From Phoronis australis (lineage: Eukaryota; Animalia; Phoronida), in NCBI GenBank assembly GCA_002633005.1, contig NMRA01000223.1, positions 593,664-657,663 of the forward strand: a DNA stretch of 64,000 nucleotides, given 5' to 3'. The notes below the pieces were generated by a model that saw only the letters and a list, made by a program, of their open reading frames with translations, had not been told where the DNA came from and ran no database searches. Shown piece by piece: positions 45,569 to 58,362 of the stretch. The position numbers and the translations under genes were made by a program. Position 1 is the stretch's first letter. Every line of letters starts with the position of its first letter.

Positions 45569-48500
45569 GGGGCTATTCGGAGAATTCTCCTCGGGGTGTC
45601 GCTGCTGTACTAGTGGTGATTGAATTGCGCATGCGTGGCTATCTGCATGTAAACAACTGGTAAAAGATGGAATTTTTATCAAAATACGTCGTCGCGCTAA
45701 GCCTTATTACTGCTAATTTCCGTGGTGCAAGTCTTCGACAGGTGGCCACAAATTCCCAAAAGACCTAAGGTTACTATATTTGTGGACAATTGCGGTCAAC
45801 AGGGTCAACTAACTGACAAAAAGTGTGTGGATGCTGAAGCCCCGTGTGTGCTCTATGACTATGCAGTTCCCGGCATTCGGAGACTACACAACATTACTTG
45901 GTAAGTTTTAGCAATCAGTTTCTATCAACATTGTTCGGTGATGTTGTACCCACCAGTTACCCCACTGAATAACAGGTTTGTTGAGTGGAACTAAGTGTTT
46001 CTTTTTGGAAACTCACCCGATGCCGGGTAGGCTAGCAGCACATATTCATATTGTCCTGGGTGGGAGTGCTCCCAAAATAAGAGGTGTGTGGTACGTGATG
46101 CACAGAAGTCAATAGTGACTTTTTCACAGCAGTTTCCCTTCAAAGCTATGCTGTTTCCAATAAAATTCTCTAGATGAGTGAGTTTCCTTATTTTATCATG
46201 GACCCCACCCCCAGGACCACCAGCTCAGTTATCAAATTAACATGAATAAGCCTCAATTCAGTAAATGTCCTAACATTGCATTGGAAAAAATTGCTTGTTG
46301 AGATCAGAAGCACATTTTAAGTGTCATGAAAAATACATATTGTTAAATCACTTTTAGCCAGTTTCACATATTTTAATTCAGATATTAAATAAGACTTGGG
46401 TACAAAGGTTATTAGTTTCTACACATAAACATGAAGATGAAATGTCAAGTATGTTCTGCCTTACAAAAGTAGTTTTGTCTTGTCTTTTCTTTTACAATTT
46501 CCTAATATTTCTATTCTGTTACAGGCGAGAAAAAACAACTGAAACCAACCGCCTGACCATCTATTTCACCGTTGGACAAAGTGAAAAGCAATCCTTCAGC
46601 AATAACCTGAGAGAATTGAATGTAATTCAGAAATTCATCACCTGATATGCCTGATTATGGACTCCCTCGCAATGTTGTTTCTTTCTGTGCTTTTTCAGTT
46701 TGCCATTTGTTTTAAATACATTGATAATTGTTTATTCTCGAATCTTGTGCATAGCAGATTCTTATCCAGCTAGCTACAATTGAAAACATACAATAAGACA
46801 ATCGATGCAGTCACTGAATGTCATTTCCCCATAATCTGTACCAAATCGAAAAGTTTTTACCAATAGTATAAAGCCTTTCTTCTGAAAGGAAAATTTAATG
46901 TCACTCAGCTTTTGGCTTTCATTTCACTGGGTTCTAGTTTCAATGGCCTATAGAAGCGCATCAAGCGCTTGTAAAAAAGGTCCAGTTTCAACACGTGGCT
47001 TTCTTTCATGTAACCTCGTTCAACCTCAATAACATCCACAATTAGACCCTTGAAGGTAAACACAGCAGCATATGACTTGAATCGTTTTGAGCCCAAAACA
47101 GACTCTGAACTAGACCAGAGTGTGACTAGGTCTTCTTTAGCTTCAGTCCCTCATGTTTCTTCCAGAAAGGAAATAAGCTATTGTCCACACATGACTCATT
47201 GCCTATGAAAGGGCATCCTCACCAACAAGGCTTATTTGCGTAGCAGTCAGATATAGTTCGTCTGGATACACAGACAGTCCACTGGCACATTGTCTTATGG
47301 TAACTTAGTACTGCGATTCACATTTCTCCAGGGCCACTGACTTGCACATTGTGCCATGCAGCACTGCTGGTGTGTGGCAGTGCTGTGGGAAGAGTACGGA
47401 GTAACAAAGCTTGTCTATGATACAGCTTGAAGTGGCCTTAAAACGTCACTGAACCTGGAACAAATATTGAAATATGAATAATTAAGTACTCCAGATTGGA
47501 TCAAAAATGATGTTATCCCTGTTTTTCAAAAATGTATGGCGATTGGTCTACAGTTTCACATAAAAGTAAATAATTACTATTTTCAGAAACCAAGGGTGTA
47601 TATAATGAGTATTGCATAAAACTGTGTCTTTATTTTTTATCCCTAGCCATAACAATTCTTTAAACGCATCACTTGTCTGTAAAATATACAAGTTTTTTGA
47701 GACAACTTCAAACCTTTGTTACCCATTTTCAAGCCTTTTTAATTTTGATACTTTCAGCAATTTTAAACTCAGATTACACGTTCATGGGTCTGTCAAGCAT
47801 ACTTCTAGCCTAAGGTTGAGGGAACCGTTTTTCTTCTAATAGAAGATATGAAGACTTGGGTCATTCATTTAAAAATGATGGATAATCTTTCTGTTGTTTA
47901 AGAGTATTTACAAATCGTAAGGCACCATCAAAAATGCAATTTTCACAAAAATGGCAGTCACTTGAATTTATAACCACTTGCAACATTTCAAGGCATGAGT
48001 TAAGACTATTCAGTCATTTTGAATTCGGAAAATGTAATATATTTTCGTGGTTTTACAATTGATACAAGTAGCAAAACAGTTTCATGAAATCAACTTGAAG
48101 GGACTTCGTGAAGGTTAAGAATTACCTCACCATGCTCTTTTCCCCAAACATGTATTACCTGTTATTTCCACACATTCAGTTGTACCAAATATTACAACCC
48201 CCCATGCCAATCCCCCCTCAGAGGACCTGAATAAGTAATTTAACAAAATGACTTTAAAAATAGCTGTTCCTTTTCAAAGGCTTTGTTCGTTGTCTCCAAT
48301 ATTGAAAGTAGGCTTTGACAACAGATCTGCACTGGATGGGAAGATCTTGTTGGTTATCTGCAGTCAAATGCTAAAAACCAATTTTTGTCCGTTCAGGGAC
48401 GATGCAGAAGCGATGCATATCTCCTCTGCACGGTACAAGCCTTCAAACCTAAAAACCAAAGGTTACGCGAAAACTGACGTGATAGATTTCCATTTCAACG

Positions 48501-49080
48501 TGTAATAGATTTCCAGAAGACATATGATAGGGAGTAAACAAATACTAGTCTAATGCAATGGATATTTATCACTCACGTACCCTTTGCCATTGGGATTGGA
48601 TTGTAATCTTAACTCATTAAGCTGTATCGAGTTGACAGCATAAATACTCAGCATTGATTGATGTAACTGTCACTGATAAACTTTTAGAAATCATTCCAAA
48701 CAATAATAATGCTTTGATGTACGAAAAAACCCCGATTGCTACGTCAAGTATCGTATCACATATCACAACATACAAAGATTAACCAGACTCTGGCTGGCGA
48801 CTGACTGCCGCGAAGTCGACATCGGCGAGCGCCTCAGTTAACAGGCATTGGTAGAATAATCATGGAATAATCGTTAAAATAATCACAAACCTTACCTTTG
48901 TATGAGGTCATGCTTACTTCCTCTCATAGAAACACCCTTTTCACGCAATCTCAGATTTAGTTGGCACGGCTGCAAGCCATTTCACCATGTATTTAAAGGG
49001 CTCGCGAAATCGAGGCTGTTAATCTATCACCACTAGTACACGCACGCCCTCTAGTTATGGTAGATTTTCCGAATAGCCCC
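45569..49080 (+). mobile_element. Non-autonomous ISL2EU-like (PIF/Harbinger-related) DNA transposon, copy 1 (3512 bp)
   Basis: TIRs GGGGCTATTCGG / CCGAATAGCCCC, AT TSD in an A-AT-T context. Decayed THAP domain on + (~45705-45860: YYC*FPWC...HKFPKD...W...RVCS). On -, a SAP-like exon (~48976-48896: LREKGVSMRGSKHDLIQR) and a segment resembling a YqaJ/lambda-exonuclease C-terminus (47096-46905). Confidence 0.85.
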
Positions 49081-49588
49081 ATTGTTACGAAATATCATGA
49101 ATAAAAGAAGAGCTTATAACAAACCTAAATTGAGTGTAAAAAATAAAATCGGTGAACAAATAGTCCAAAAATGTGCAAAAATTTTAGGTAATGTTATGCA
49201 ATACCTGTCTGGAACTGTTTCATGCAACCGCCACATTTGCTTGTAACAGTGTTTCCTAAAATCTAGTAAAGAATTTCGTCTTACCAACGTTCCACACGAC
49301 TATGTCCTCGAAATAATTTATTGTGAATGAAGAAAAATAAAGGGAATATATCCCAAATCATTAATTCATCACATATGGAAGCCTAACTATTCAGTGCCAC
49401 CATACAGTGTATGTCCAGTTTAGCTAGTTCATTCAATTATTTTCTTATTGTTGTTCCCAATAATCCAAATGGTTCATATCACATTATCACGCATCTCATT
49501 ATCACGCCTTGAAATTAACCGGACACTATCGTTTTTTTTGGCATTTTGTAGTCATTGTTGGATGGAGTGGACTTCTTGAAGATATTAA

Positions 49589-51275
49589 AGGAGCATGCCA
49601 CCCAAAACAACCTAATTTGTATTAATTTAGATCGTGTAGTTCTACTCCGTAATGACACGTACGGTTGAGTTACCTGACACCTGACGGCAGAGGGAGGTGT
49701 TGAACTTATCCAATGACGTCATCGGTTTCACACGCAGTCTGCTCAGCAGTTCACAACACGGGTTACTGGTGTCAGCTTATCGCATGAATTCATCGTTTAA
49801 CACCAATAAATCACCAAACTTCGATGAAAAACCCTTAAAAATACACCGAGTTCTTATAAAAACGTGTTGCTTTATTTCACTCATACGGATTTATTGGTAT
49901 TTGGACACACCGTAGCCTACAAAGTTCAGCAGGCCAATAAGGTCCGTAGCAGGAGTTTGGGGTCTGTTCGGAGATAATTTCGAAGTATTTCCGTGAGATA
50001 CAGACAAGAGAACCTAGATCTGTGTTGTTTAGACTTGTGATTTTTTGAGTTCTAAACACAAAACGCTTGTTATCCTGGCCAGTGGCTCGGAGCCCGATCA
50101 GGTCCGTAGCGGCCGGCCGGATTGACTCGTTATCCCGGCCAGTGGCTCGGAAACTGATCAGACATCACGAACATAAACCAGCCAAAGTTCAGTGGAAACT
50201 AAACTTCCAGTCAAGAAAATACTATACTAGTGAGCCAAAGAAGAAATGTGCACGTGATTATGTTTGGTGAATTAGCCACGAAACTGCAAATCTACTTACT
50301 CGTCGGGGGCCGCGAATTCAGAGGTTCCGCTTTGGCCACAGCACCGTCAGGGCAGAAGTTGTACATTGACAATCATTATTTGAGTAATGCAAGTGTAAAT
50401 AAAGATTCCCCTAACACCTGACCGTGGGATGGAAATCCAGTTGTTTCACAACAGTTTCTGCCAGCAAACACTAAATTAGCATGAGCTCACACGGCCTCGG
50501 TGTACAGTCAATTACTTTTATTGCCCCTAGGTAAAGCCGGTAACGCAGTGATTTATTCATTGCTGGCTTCTCAAATCATTTGCACTCACTAACACTTCAA
50601 AGGCATTACAAATTGCATCTAATGAGACAGACTTTGTTTCAGTTTTATATAAGTATTGGTTAGGGTGAGAATAATTTATTTTGAAACAGAACGCTCAGTA
50701 TAATAAACGCCAATGAATATGGCAACTCGCAATCCCGACTTAGGACGAGCTAGAGCTCATCAGTCCCGACTTCGCAGGTGGATCGTTAAGTTTTACAGGC
50801 TATCAATTCGAACAGGAATACAGTGATGAAGAAATACTAGAGAGGCGCCGTGAACAAGCTCAGACAACGGAACGTATGGAGTTATTTGGTAAGCCGGCAT
50901 TCGTCAGGCACTGTTGACGTCTGCAGGCCAGACACGGAGATGTTTCACGGTCTCATACTTGCTATTTACAGCGTGCATTTCATTCTTCACCACCATGAGC
51001 AACTTCCTAAGCATTTCGGACTCTCGAGGAAGTAAAAAAACGATATACCCGATTTCCTTGCAGCTGCTTAGTTCGCACCAGCGGGAACGATGCACCGCAA
51101 CATAGCGGCATTCACTCTGCATATAAACCACTGACGTCGCTAGCGTCGTTTCTCACCTTCCCCACAGGTTAACGCGACACTTCTTGGCAAGGTAAGGTCG
51201 ACCGTATGCGAGGCGATGTGGATATAGACCGATTAAGACGGCAAAAAGACTAATGAAATCGGGTGGCATTCTTCT
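49589..51275 (-). mobile_element. Kolobok-like non-autonomous element (1687 bp)
   Basis: TTAA TSD (49585-49588, 51276-51279) and TIRs AGGAGCATGCCACCC / GGGTGGCATTCTTCT. Frameshifted THAP-like remnant on - at ~51111-50920 (MPLCC...FLLP...KHLRVW). Internal 60-bp tandem duplication at ~50069-50161. Confidence 0.7.
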
Positions 51276-51927
51276 TTAACTTTGACTAGAGCTATAAAAC
51301 AACAAAATACACTGTGTTTTTGTGATTTAATTACAAATAGCCAAATCTCGCCAGTTGTTTGCCTGATAGTAGCTGAAATCAAGGCCAATGAAAGTACCAC
51401 TTAAATTTGCTTAAAATTCTGTGTCATTTATTAACTGGGGTTTAGTTCCGCTAGCTGCCAATGGGAGCGTTTGGCAGCTACAGTATAGCAGATCCGATTC
51501 CGCGCTGAGGCTGATCTCAGAATATCACTTTTCTTGCCGATGAGTCCCTTTACTTGAAGGGGAGCTAAGGATGCATAGTCTACGGTCCCTGTTTATGAAG
51601 GAACCTCTTGGCAGAAAGTGTCATCACTTGACTGACTGCTTGCTTTTCATCGCTGAGGAAACCAGTCGGTTAATCATTTGGTTCAATTCGCTGGCACGCA
51701 GTGAGGTCTTGAGCCCGTAAGACGCACGTAAAATAAAATCAAACAGACTGAATACGGACTACCACGTAGTGATGAAGAAAACATAAAGTTCAAAGTTCAT
51801 TAGATGTGGCAGTCAAATATGAGCCTAGCAACCTTGCATTCTAGTCCGTTGGCTAAGTGGGCTGTGTGCAGCTTGGTAGGGACTAGTGAAGTCCGAGTGA
51901 CTGGCCACACCTCTTATGTCAGTCAAT

Positions 51928-54900
51928 GGGGCTATTCGGAGAATTCTCCTCGCGGTGTCGCTGCTGTACTAGTGGTGATTGAAATGCGCATGCGTGGCTG
52001 TCTGCATGTAAACAACTGGGAAAAGATGGAATTTTCATCAAAATACGTCGTCGCGCTAAGCCTTATTACTGCTAATTTCCGTGGTGCAAGTCTTCGACAG
52101 GTGACCACAAATTCCCAACAGACCTAAGGTTACTATATTCGTGGATAATTTCGGTCAACAGGGTCAACTAACTGACAAAAAGTGTGTGGATACTGAAGCC
52201 CCGTGTGTGCTCTATGACTCATACCGACTAAGCAGTTCCATTCGGAGACTACACAACATTACTTGGTAAGTTTTTAGCAATCAGTGTCTATCAACATCGT
52301 TCGGTGATGTTATCCCCACCAGTTACCCCACTGAATAACAGTTTTATTGAGTGGAACTAAGTGTTTCTTTTTGGAAACTCACCCGATGCCGGGTAGGCTA
52401 GCAGCACATATTCATATTGTCCTGGGTGGGAGTGCTCCCAAAATAAGAGGTGTATGGTACGTGATGCACAGAAGTCCGAAGAGTGACTTTTTCACAGCAG
52501 TTTCTCTTCAAAACTATGCTGTTTACAATAAAATTCTCTAGATGAGTGAGTTTCCTTATTTTATTGCGGACCCCACCCCCAGGACCACCAGCTCAGTTAT
52601 AGAATTAACATGAATAAGCCTTAATTCAGTAAATGTCGTAACATTGCATTGGAAAAAAATTGACACCTAGAATGAATTTTACTTGTTGAGATCAGAAACA
52701 CATTTTAAGTGTCATGAAAAATACACATTGTTAAATCACTTTTAGCCTGTTTCACATATTTTAATTCAGATATTAAATAAGACTTGGGTACAAAGGTTAT
52801 AATTTTCTACACATAAACATGAAGATGAAATGTCAAGTATGTTCTGCCTTACAAAAGTAGTTTTGTCTTGTCTTTTCTTTTACAATTTGCTAATATTTCT
52901 ATTCTGTTACAGGCAAGAAAAAACAACTGAAACCAACCGCCTGACCATCTATTTCACCGTTGGACAAAGTGAAAAGCAATCCTTCAGCAATAACCTGAGA
53001 GAATTGAACGTAATTCAGAAATTCAGCACCTGATATGCCTGATTATGGACTCCCTCGCAATGTTGTTTCTTTCTGTGCTTTTTCAGTTTGCCATTTGTTT
53101 TTAAATACACTGATAATTGTTTATTCTCGAATCTTGTGCATAGCAGATTCTTATCCAGCTAGCTACAATTGAAAACATACAATAAGACAATCGATGCAGT
53201 CACTGAATGTCATTTCCCCATAATCTGTACCAAATTGAAAAGTTTTTACCAATAGTATAAAGCCTTTCTTCTGAAAGGAAAATTTAATGTCACTCAGCTT
53301 TTGGCTTTCATTTCACTGGGTTCTAGTTTCAATGGCCTATAGAAGCGCTTGTAAAAAAGGTCCAGTTTCAACACGTGGCTTTCTTTCATGTAACCTCATT
53401 CAGCCTCAATAACATCCACAATTAGACCCTTGAAGGTAAACACAGCAGCATATCACTTGAATCGTTTTGAGCCCAAAATCAGACTCTGAACTAGACCAGA
53501 GTGTGACTAGGTCTTCTTTAGCTTCAGTCCCTCATGTTTCTTACAGGAAAGGAAATAAGCTATTGTCCACACATGACTCATTGCCTGTGAAAGGGCATCC
53601 TCACCAACAAGTCTTTTTTGTGTAGCAGTCAGATATAGTTCGTCTGGATACACAGACACTCCACTGGCACATTGTCTTACGGAAACTTAGTACTGCGATT
53701 AACATTTCTCCAGGGCCACTGACTTGCACATTGTGCCATGCAGCACTGCTGGTGTGTGGAAGTGCTGTGGGAAGAGAACGGAGTAACAAAGCTTGTCTAT
53801 GATACAGCTTGAAGTGGCTTTAAAATGTCACTGAACCTGGAACAAATATTGAAATATGAATAATTAAGTACTCCAGATTGGACCAAAAATGTTATCCCTG
53901 TTTTTCAAAAATATATGGTGATTGGTCTACAGTTTCACATAGAAGTAAATATTAATTACTATTTCAGAAACCAAGGGTGTATATAATGAGTATTGCATAA
54001 AACTGTGTCTTCATTTTTTATCCCTAGCCATAACAATTCTTTAAAGGCATCACTTGTCTGTAAAATATACAAGTTTTTTTTGAGACAACTTCAAACCTTT
54101 GTTACCCATTTTCAAGCCTTTTTAATTTGATACTTTCATCAATTTTAAACTCAGATTACAGGTTCATGGGTCTGTCAAGCACACTTCTAGCCTAAGGTTG
54201 AGGGAACCGTTTTTCTTCTAATAGAAAATATGAAGACTTGGGTCATTTAAAAATGATGGATAATCTTTCTGTTGATTAAGAGTAATTACAAATCGTAAGG
54301 CACCATCAAAAATGCAATTTTCACAAAAATGGCAGTCATTTGAATTTATAACGACTTTCAACATTTCAAGGCATGAGACTATTCAGTCACTGTGAATTCG
54401 GAAAATGTAATATATTTTCGTGGTTTTACAATTATGATTGATACAAGTAGCAAAACAGTTTCATGAAATCAACTTGAAGGGACTTTGTGAAGGTTAAGAA
54501 TTACCTCACCATGCTCTTTTCCCCAAGCATGTATTACTTGTTATTTCCACACATTCAGTTGTACCAAATATTACAACCCCCCAATGCCAATCCCCCTCGG
54601 GACCTGAATAAGTAATTTAAGAAAATGACTTAAAAATAGCTGTTCCTTTTCAAAGGCTTTGTTCGTTGTCTCCAATATTGAAAGTAGGCTTTGACAACAG
54701 ATCTGCACTGAATGGGAAGATCTTGTTGGTTAGCTGCAGTCCCGCAAATGCTAAAAACCAATTTTTGTCCATTCAGGGACGGTACAGACGCATATCTCCT
54801 CTGCACGGTACAAGCCTTCAAACCTAAAAACCAAAGGTTACGTGAAAACTGACGTGATAGATTTCCATTTCAACGTGTAATACATTTCCAGAAGACATAT

Positions 54901-55452
54901 GATAGGGAGTAAACAAATAGTCTAATGCAATGGATATTTATCACTCACGTACCCTTTGCCATTGGGATTGGATTGCAATCTTAACTCATTAACCTGTATA
55001 GAGTTGACCGCATACACATTCAGCATTGATTGATGTAACTGTCACTGATAAACTTTTAGAAATCATTCCAAACAATAATAATGCTTTGATGTACGAAAAG
55101 ATCCCGACTGCTACGTCAAGTATCGTATCACATATCACAACATACAAAGATTAACCAGACTCTGGCTGGCGACTGACTGCCGCGAAGTCGACATCGGTGA
55201 GTGCCCCAGTTAACAGGCATCGGTAGAATAATCATGGAATAATCGTTAAAATAATCACAAACCTTACCTTTATATGAGATCGTGCTTACTTCCTCTCATA
55301 GAAGCACTCTTTTTACGCAATCTCATATTCAGTTGGCACGGCTGCAAGCCATTTCACCATGTATTTAAAGGGCTCGCGAAATCGAGGTTGTTAATCTATC
55401 ACCACTAGTACATGCACGCCCTCTAATTATTGTAGATTTTCCGAATAGCCCC
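51928..55452 (+). mobile_element. Non-autonomous ISL2EU-like DNA transposon, copy 2 (3525 bp)
   Basis: Colinear and highly similar to 45569-49080 along its whole length, with the same TIRs and AT TSD but different flanking DNA. Confidence 0.85.
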
Positions 55453-57225
55453 ATTATGATAATACAGAATAGCATCTTCTCAGTAGCCCAGATCGAACAC
55501 ATGCTACTTGAACTTTTACCTTGTTGTCTCGCTGAATGGAATTTAGAAATGTTTCCTTATCTAGCGTACAACTGTATACCACTCAAACCACTCCCCTGTA
55601 AAAATGTTTCATTACAGCGTTCTGTCGTTAAGTAACTTTTTCAGACGTGAGGGGCTGAAGGTCTCAGTCTTTTGTCCCGTATGATAACAAGCAGGCCAAT
55701 CATCTCCCAGGCTTCAAAGGAAACGAGTGGTGGTTGCACGCGCTTACCGAACGCATATTCAGAACACTGTCAAACCCATTGCGTTGGTAATCCGTTTGGA
55801 CAGAATAGATTGTCTTAAATTTTGTTGCAGTTGGGCGATTTTGGTAATTCAAAAACGGAACATCATCAGCATTTGACGAGGAATTCAGAAATGCTATTGT
55901 TTTAAGCTCAAATATGTTATAACTTAACTTTCATTCAGCCCAGCTCAGTCAGGCTTGAGTCAGTATATGCAATTATCGAACAAAAGAGCGCAGGCCCTCC
56001 AACCCTAAATGCCAGAATGGAGTTAATCAGTCGTGTAAGATATGGGCTACGGGGGTAAACTTCCCAACTTATTGTTGGGCTATAGAATCGAACAAGTTGT
56101 GAGCAACGGGATGTCGTCGTCATGTTCGTGTTATGAGCTCCTACCATAATTAACTGTCACGCCATCTAACGTTGAGACAGGGAATCAGCCAGTCGGCTGA
56201 GAACAGCCCATATAAACCCTATTCACGCCGACAGGAGGCGCGTTCCAAAACGAGACTCGCTACGATAGCTCTGGTGGCTTATCCGCGTAGTTGTACTCCG
56301 CGTTGCTCGAACAGCTAGAAAAAATACGGACACTCTGATTTACAATCCCTAAGGACGTTGGGATTCGGAAGCGTTGGGTCCTTGCCATACGCTGCGACGA
56401 AGGAAAATATGTCCGGGTGTAAAATTTATAACTGTTTTCGAATGATAATTTGTCGCATCTCGGACTGGATGCCGCCATAGCAACGAGGACACTGAGGAAT
56501 CAGGCTTCGGCCAGCCAGGCTGTGTTTTCATGACTATGGGTTGAAGCGCGATGAATTTTTTTAAAAAGGACAGGGCCCTCAATCCCTCAATTTTGGGGCC
56601 AAATATCGGCCCTATTCCCCTCTCAAAAATATTGAAAAATCACACGAAATTCCCGGCCACGAGGCCTAAAAATCCCCTTTGTGATTGAAAATTTCTCTCC
56701 AACGGTTCAAATCACCTGTGACCACAGAGGTGACAATTTGAAAAAGTACAAAATCATAGGCTGCCGCAATTAAAATAAACCAGCAAAACGTGAAGCGGGA
56801 GGATCGACTGAGGTAGGACCGGTAGCGGACGAGGGAGGAAAACACGTTCCGTTTTATTTTTTTTAGTCCAACGACAGATTTCCTGAGCAGAAGGTATACA
56901 TCCTCGGCGCCCGCAACTTCCGGGCCGCCTGCGTGCATACAATCGCGCTTTGCCCGCTTCTTCGAGGATGTCGGCCCCCCGCCCCCTCACTAGGCCTTTA
57001 TCAGTGGTATCCTAGATCAGCCACTGAAAATGCTACTTGAGACAGAGCTATGAGAGCTTGCAAAAGGGCGGAGTGCTATTGACTGTGATCGGGAGGTCAG
57101 TAGAGTTTTCACTGACTCGTCACTCGGCGAAACGTTCCCCTATCAGAAGGCCGCACACACATGAGGCACCTTTCCCCTCGGATATGAACGAGGCCTCTGA
57201 AGAAACATGATAACTATGCTTGCTC

Positions 57226-57386
57226 TAGGGGGGATCCAGGACTTTGAGTTGGGGGGTGGGGCAAGGCAGAGTATTAGCCCGTACGAAATTCGCGCTCCCG
57301 GCTGAACTGCCAAATGGAATCTGGGAGAACTTTAGGGGGGGAGGGCTGGGTCATAGCCCCTTGGCTCCCCTCTAAATCCGCCACTG
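57226..57386. mobile_element. Short hAT-like MITE remnant
   Basis: TAGGGGGGATCCAGG ... CCCCTCTAAATCCGCCACTG; same end motifs as 38827-38978. Confidence 0.4.
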
Positions 57387-58362
57387 TGTTCTGTCCAGTT
57401 AACTGAAATTGAGCTCTAAAACGAGGTTATGCTTTGGACGAAAGAATTAGGTGTTTTAATTTTAAAATTCAACTTGGTCGAGATTGATATTTGAAAAATA
57501 TAACACATGAAATAGACGTAATTATTAAAACCAAGAAAGCAGAATTGATGGTCATATAAATTTTATTTTCAATTGCGAGCCTAGTTTTTCATCGTAATCA
57601 AAATATACATTTAATAACATTAAGTATTATTTCAGATCAATGACAAATCAACTGTTAGTCCCGGTAGTGCCTACCTCAACAGGACCTAGGCTATGCTTGA
57701 AGCTAATAGGCCTACTCTTGATCAACAAATTAAACCAGATGAGACTAATTGCACATGACAGCAAAATGCTATGAGCCACCACTGTCGAATATATCTTCAA
57801 CTCGTCAACAATACAACCAGATGACCTGATTCGTGTAGAAAGCATTTTTATGAACGATTTATTAGAAGAAACGTAACCGTGCATTCAGCAGAATACCTAG
57901 TAATCCGTAACACTACGATCGCCGCAATTTGGTTATGTTTACTTTTCATGTTTCGAACCTAGTTTTCCGGAAAAAAACTATATCCTTTCGTCAGACAACT
58001 CTTTGGTGCATTGACTTGTTCTTTAACTGTATTTTTCTACGTCTCTGTGGTTAATTATTGACACATTTTTTAAGATTTAATATTCAGGTTGGACTCCAAA
58101 GACCGGCCATTTAACTCACGCAATGTAAATTTCCGCTTTGTTTATCGCAGTGAGCCTCGCTTTCAGTTGGATTTTAATGTCCGCCGCGTGAATTGGGTCT
58201 ATAGCGTAGATGGGCTATCTCACTATAATTCGGTAACATACCGTACGGTATAACACTTGTCAACGCATAGAGATTGTTGGGCCGTCGTAACTCAAGCCTG
58301 TTTTCATATTTTTTTTTAACAAATAACAACATTAAAGCAGTCGCTGGTCCATTTTATAACAG

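Noticed and set aside
45569-55452. Segmental duplication or haplotype-assembly artefact
   Set aside because: Similarity stops at the TIRs/target site and the flanks differ, which fits two transposon insertions.
55620-55745. Possible missing upstream exon of the fibrinogen-domain gene (VSVFC...ETSGGCT)
   Set aside because: The motif pieces are in different frames, separated by stops, with no proper donor. Too weak.
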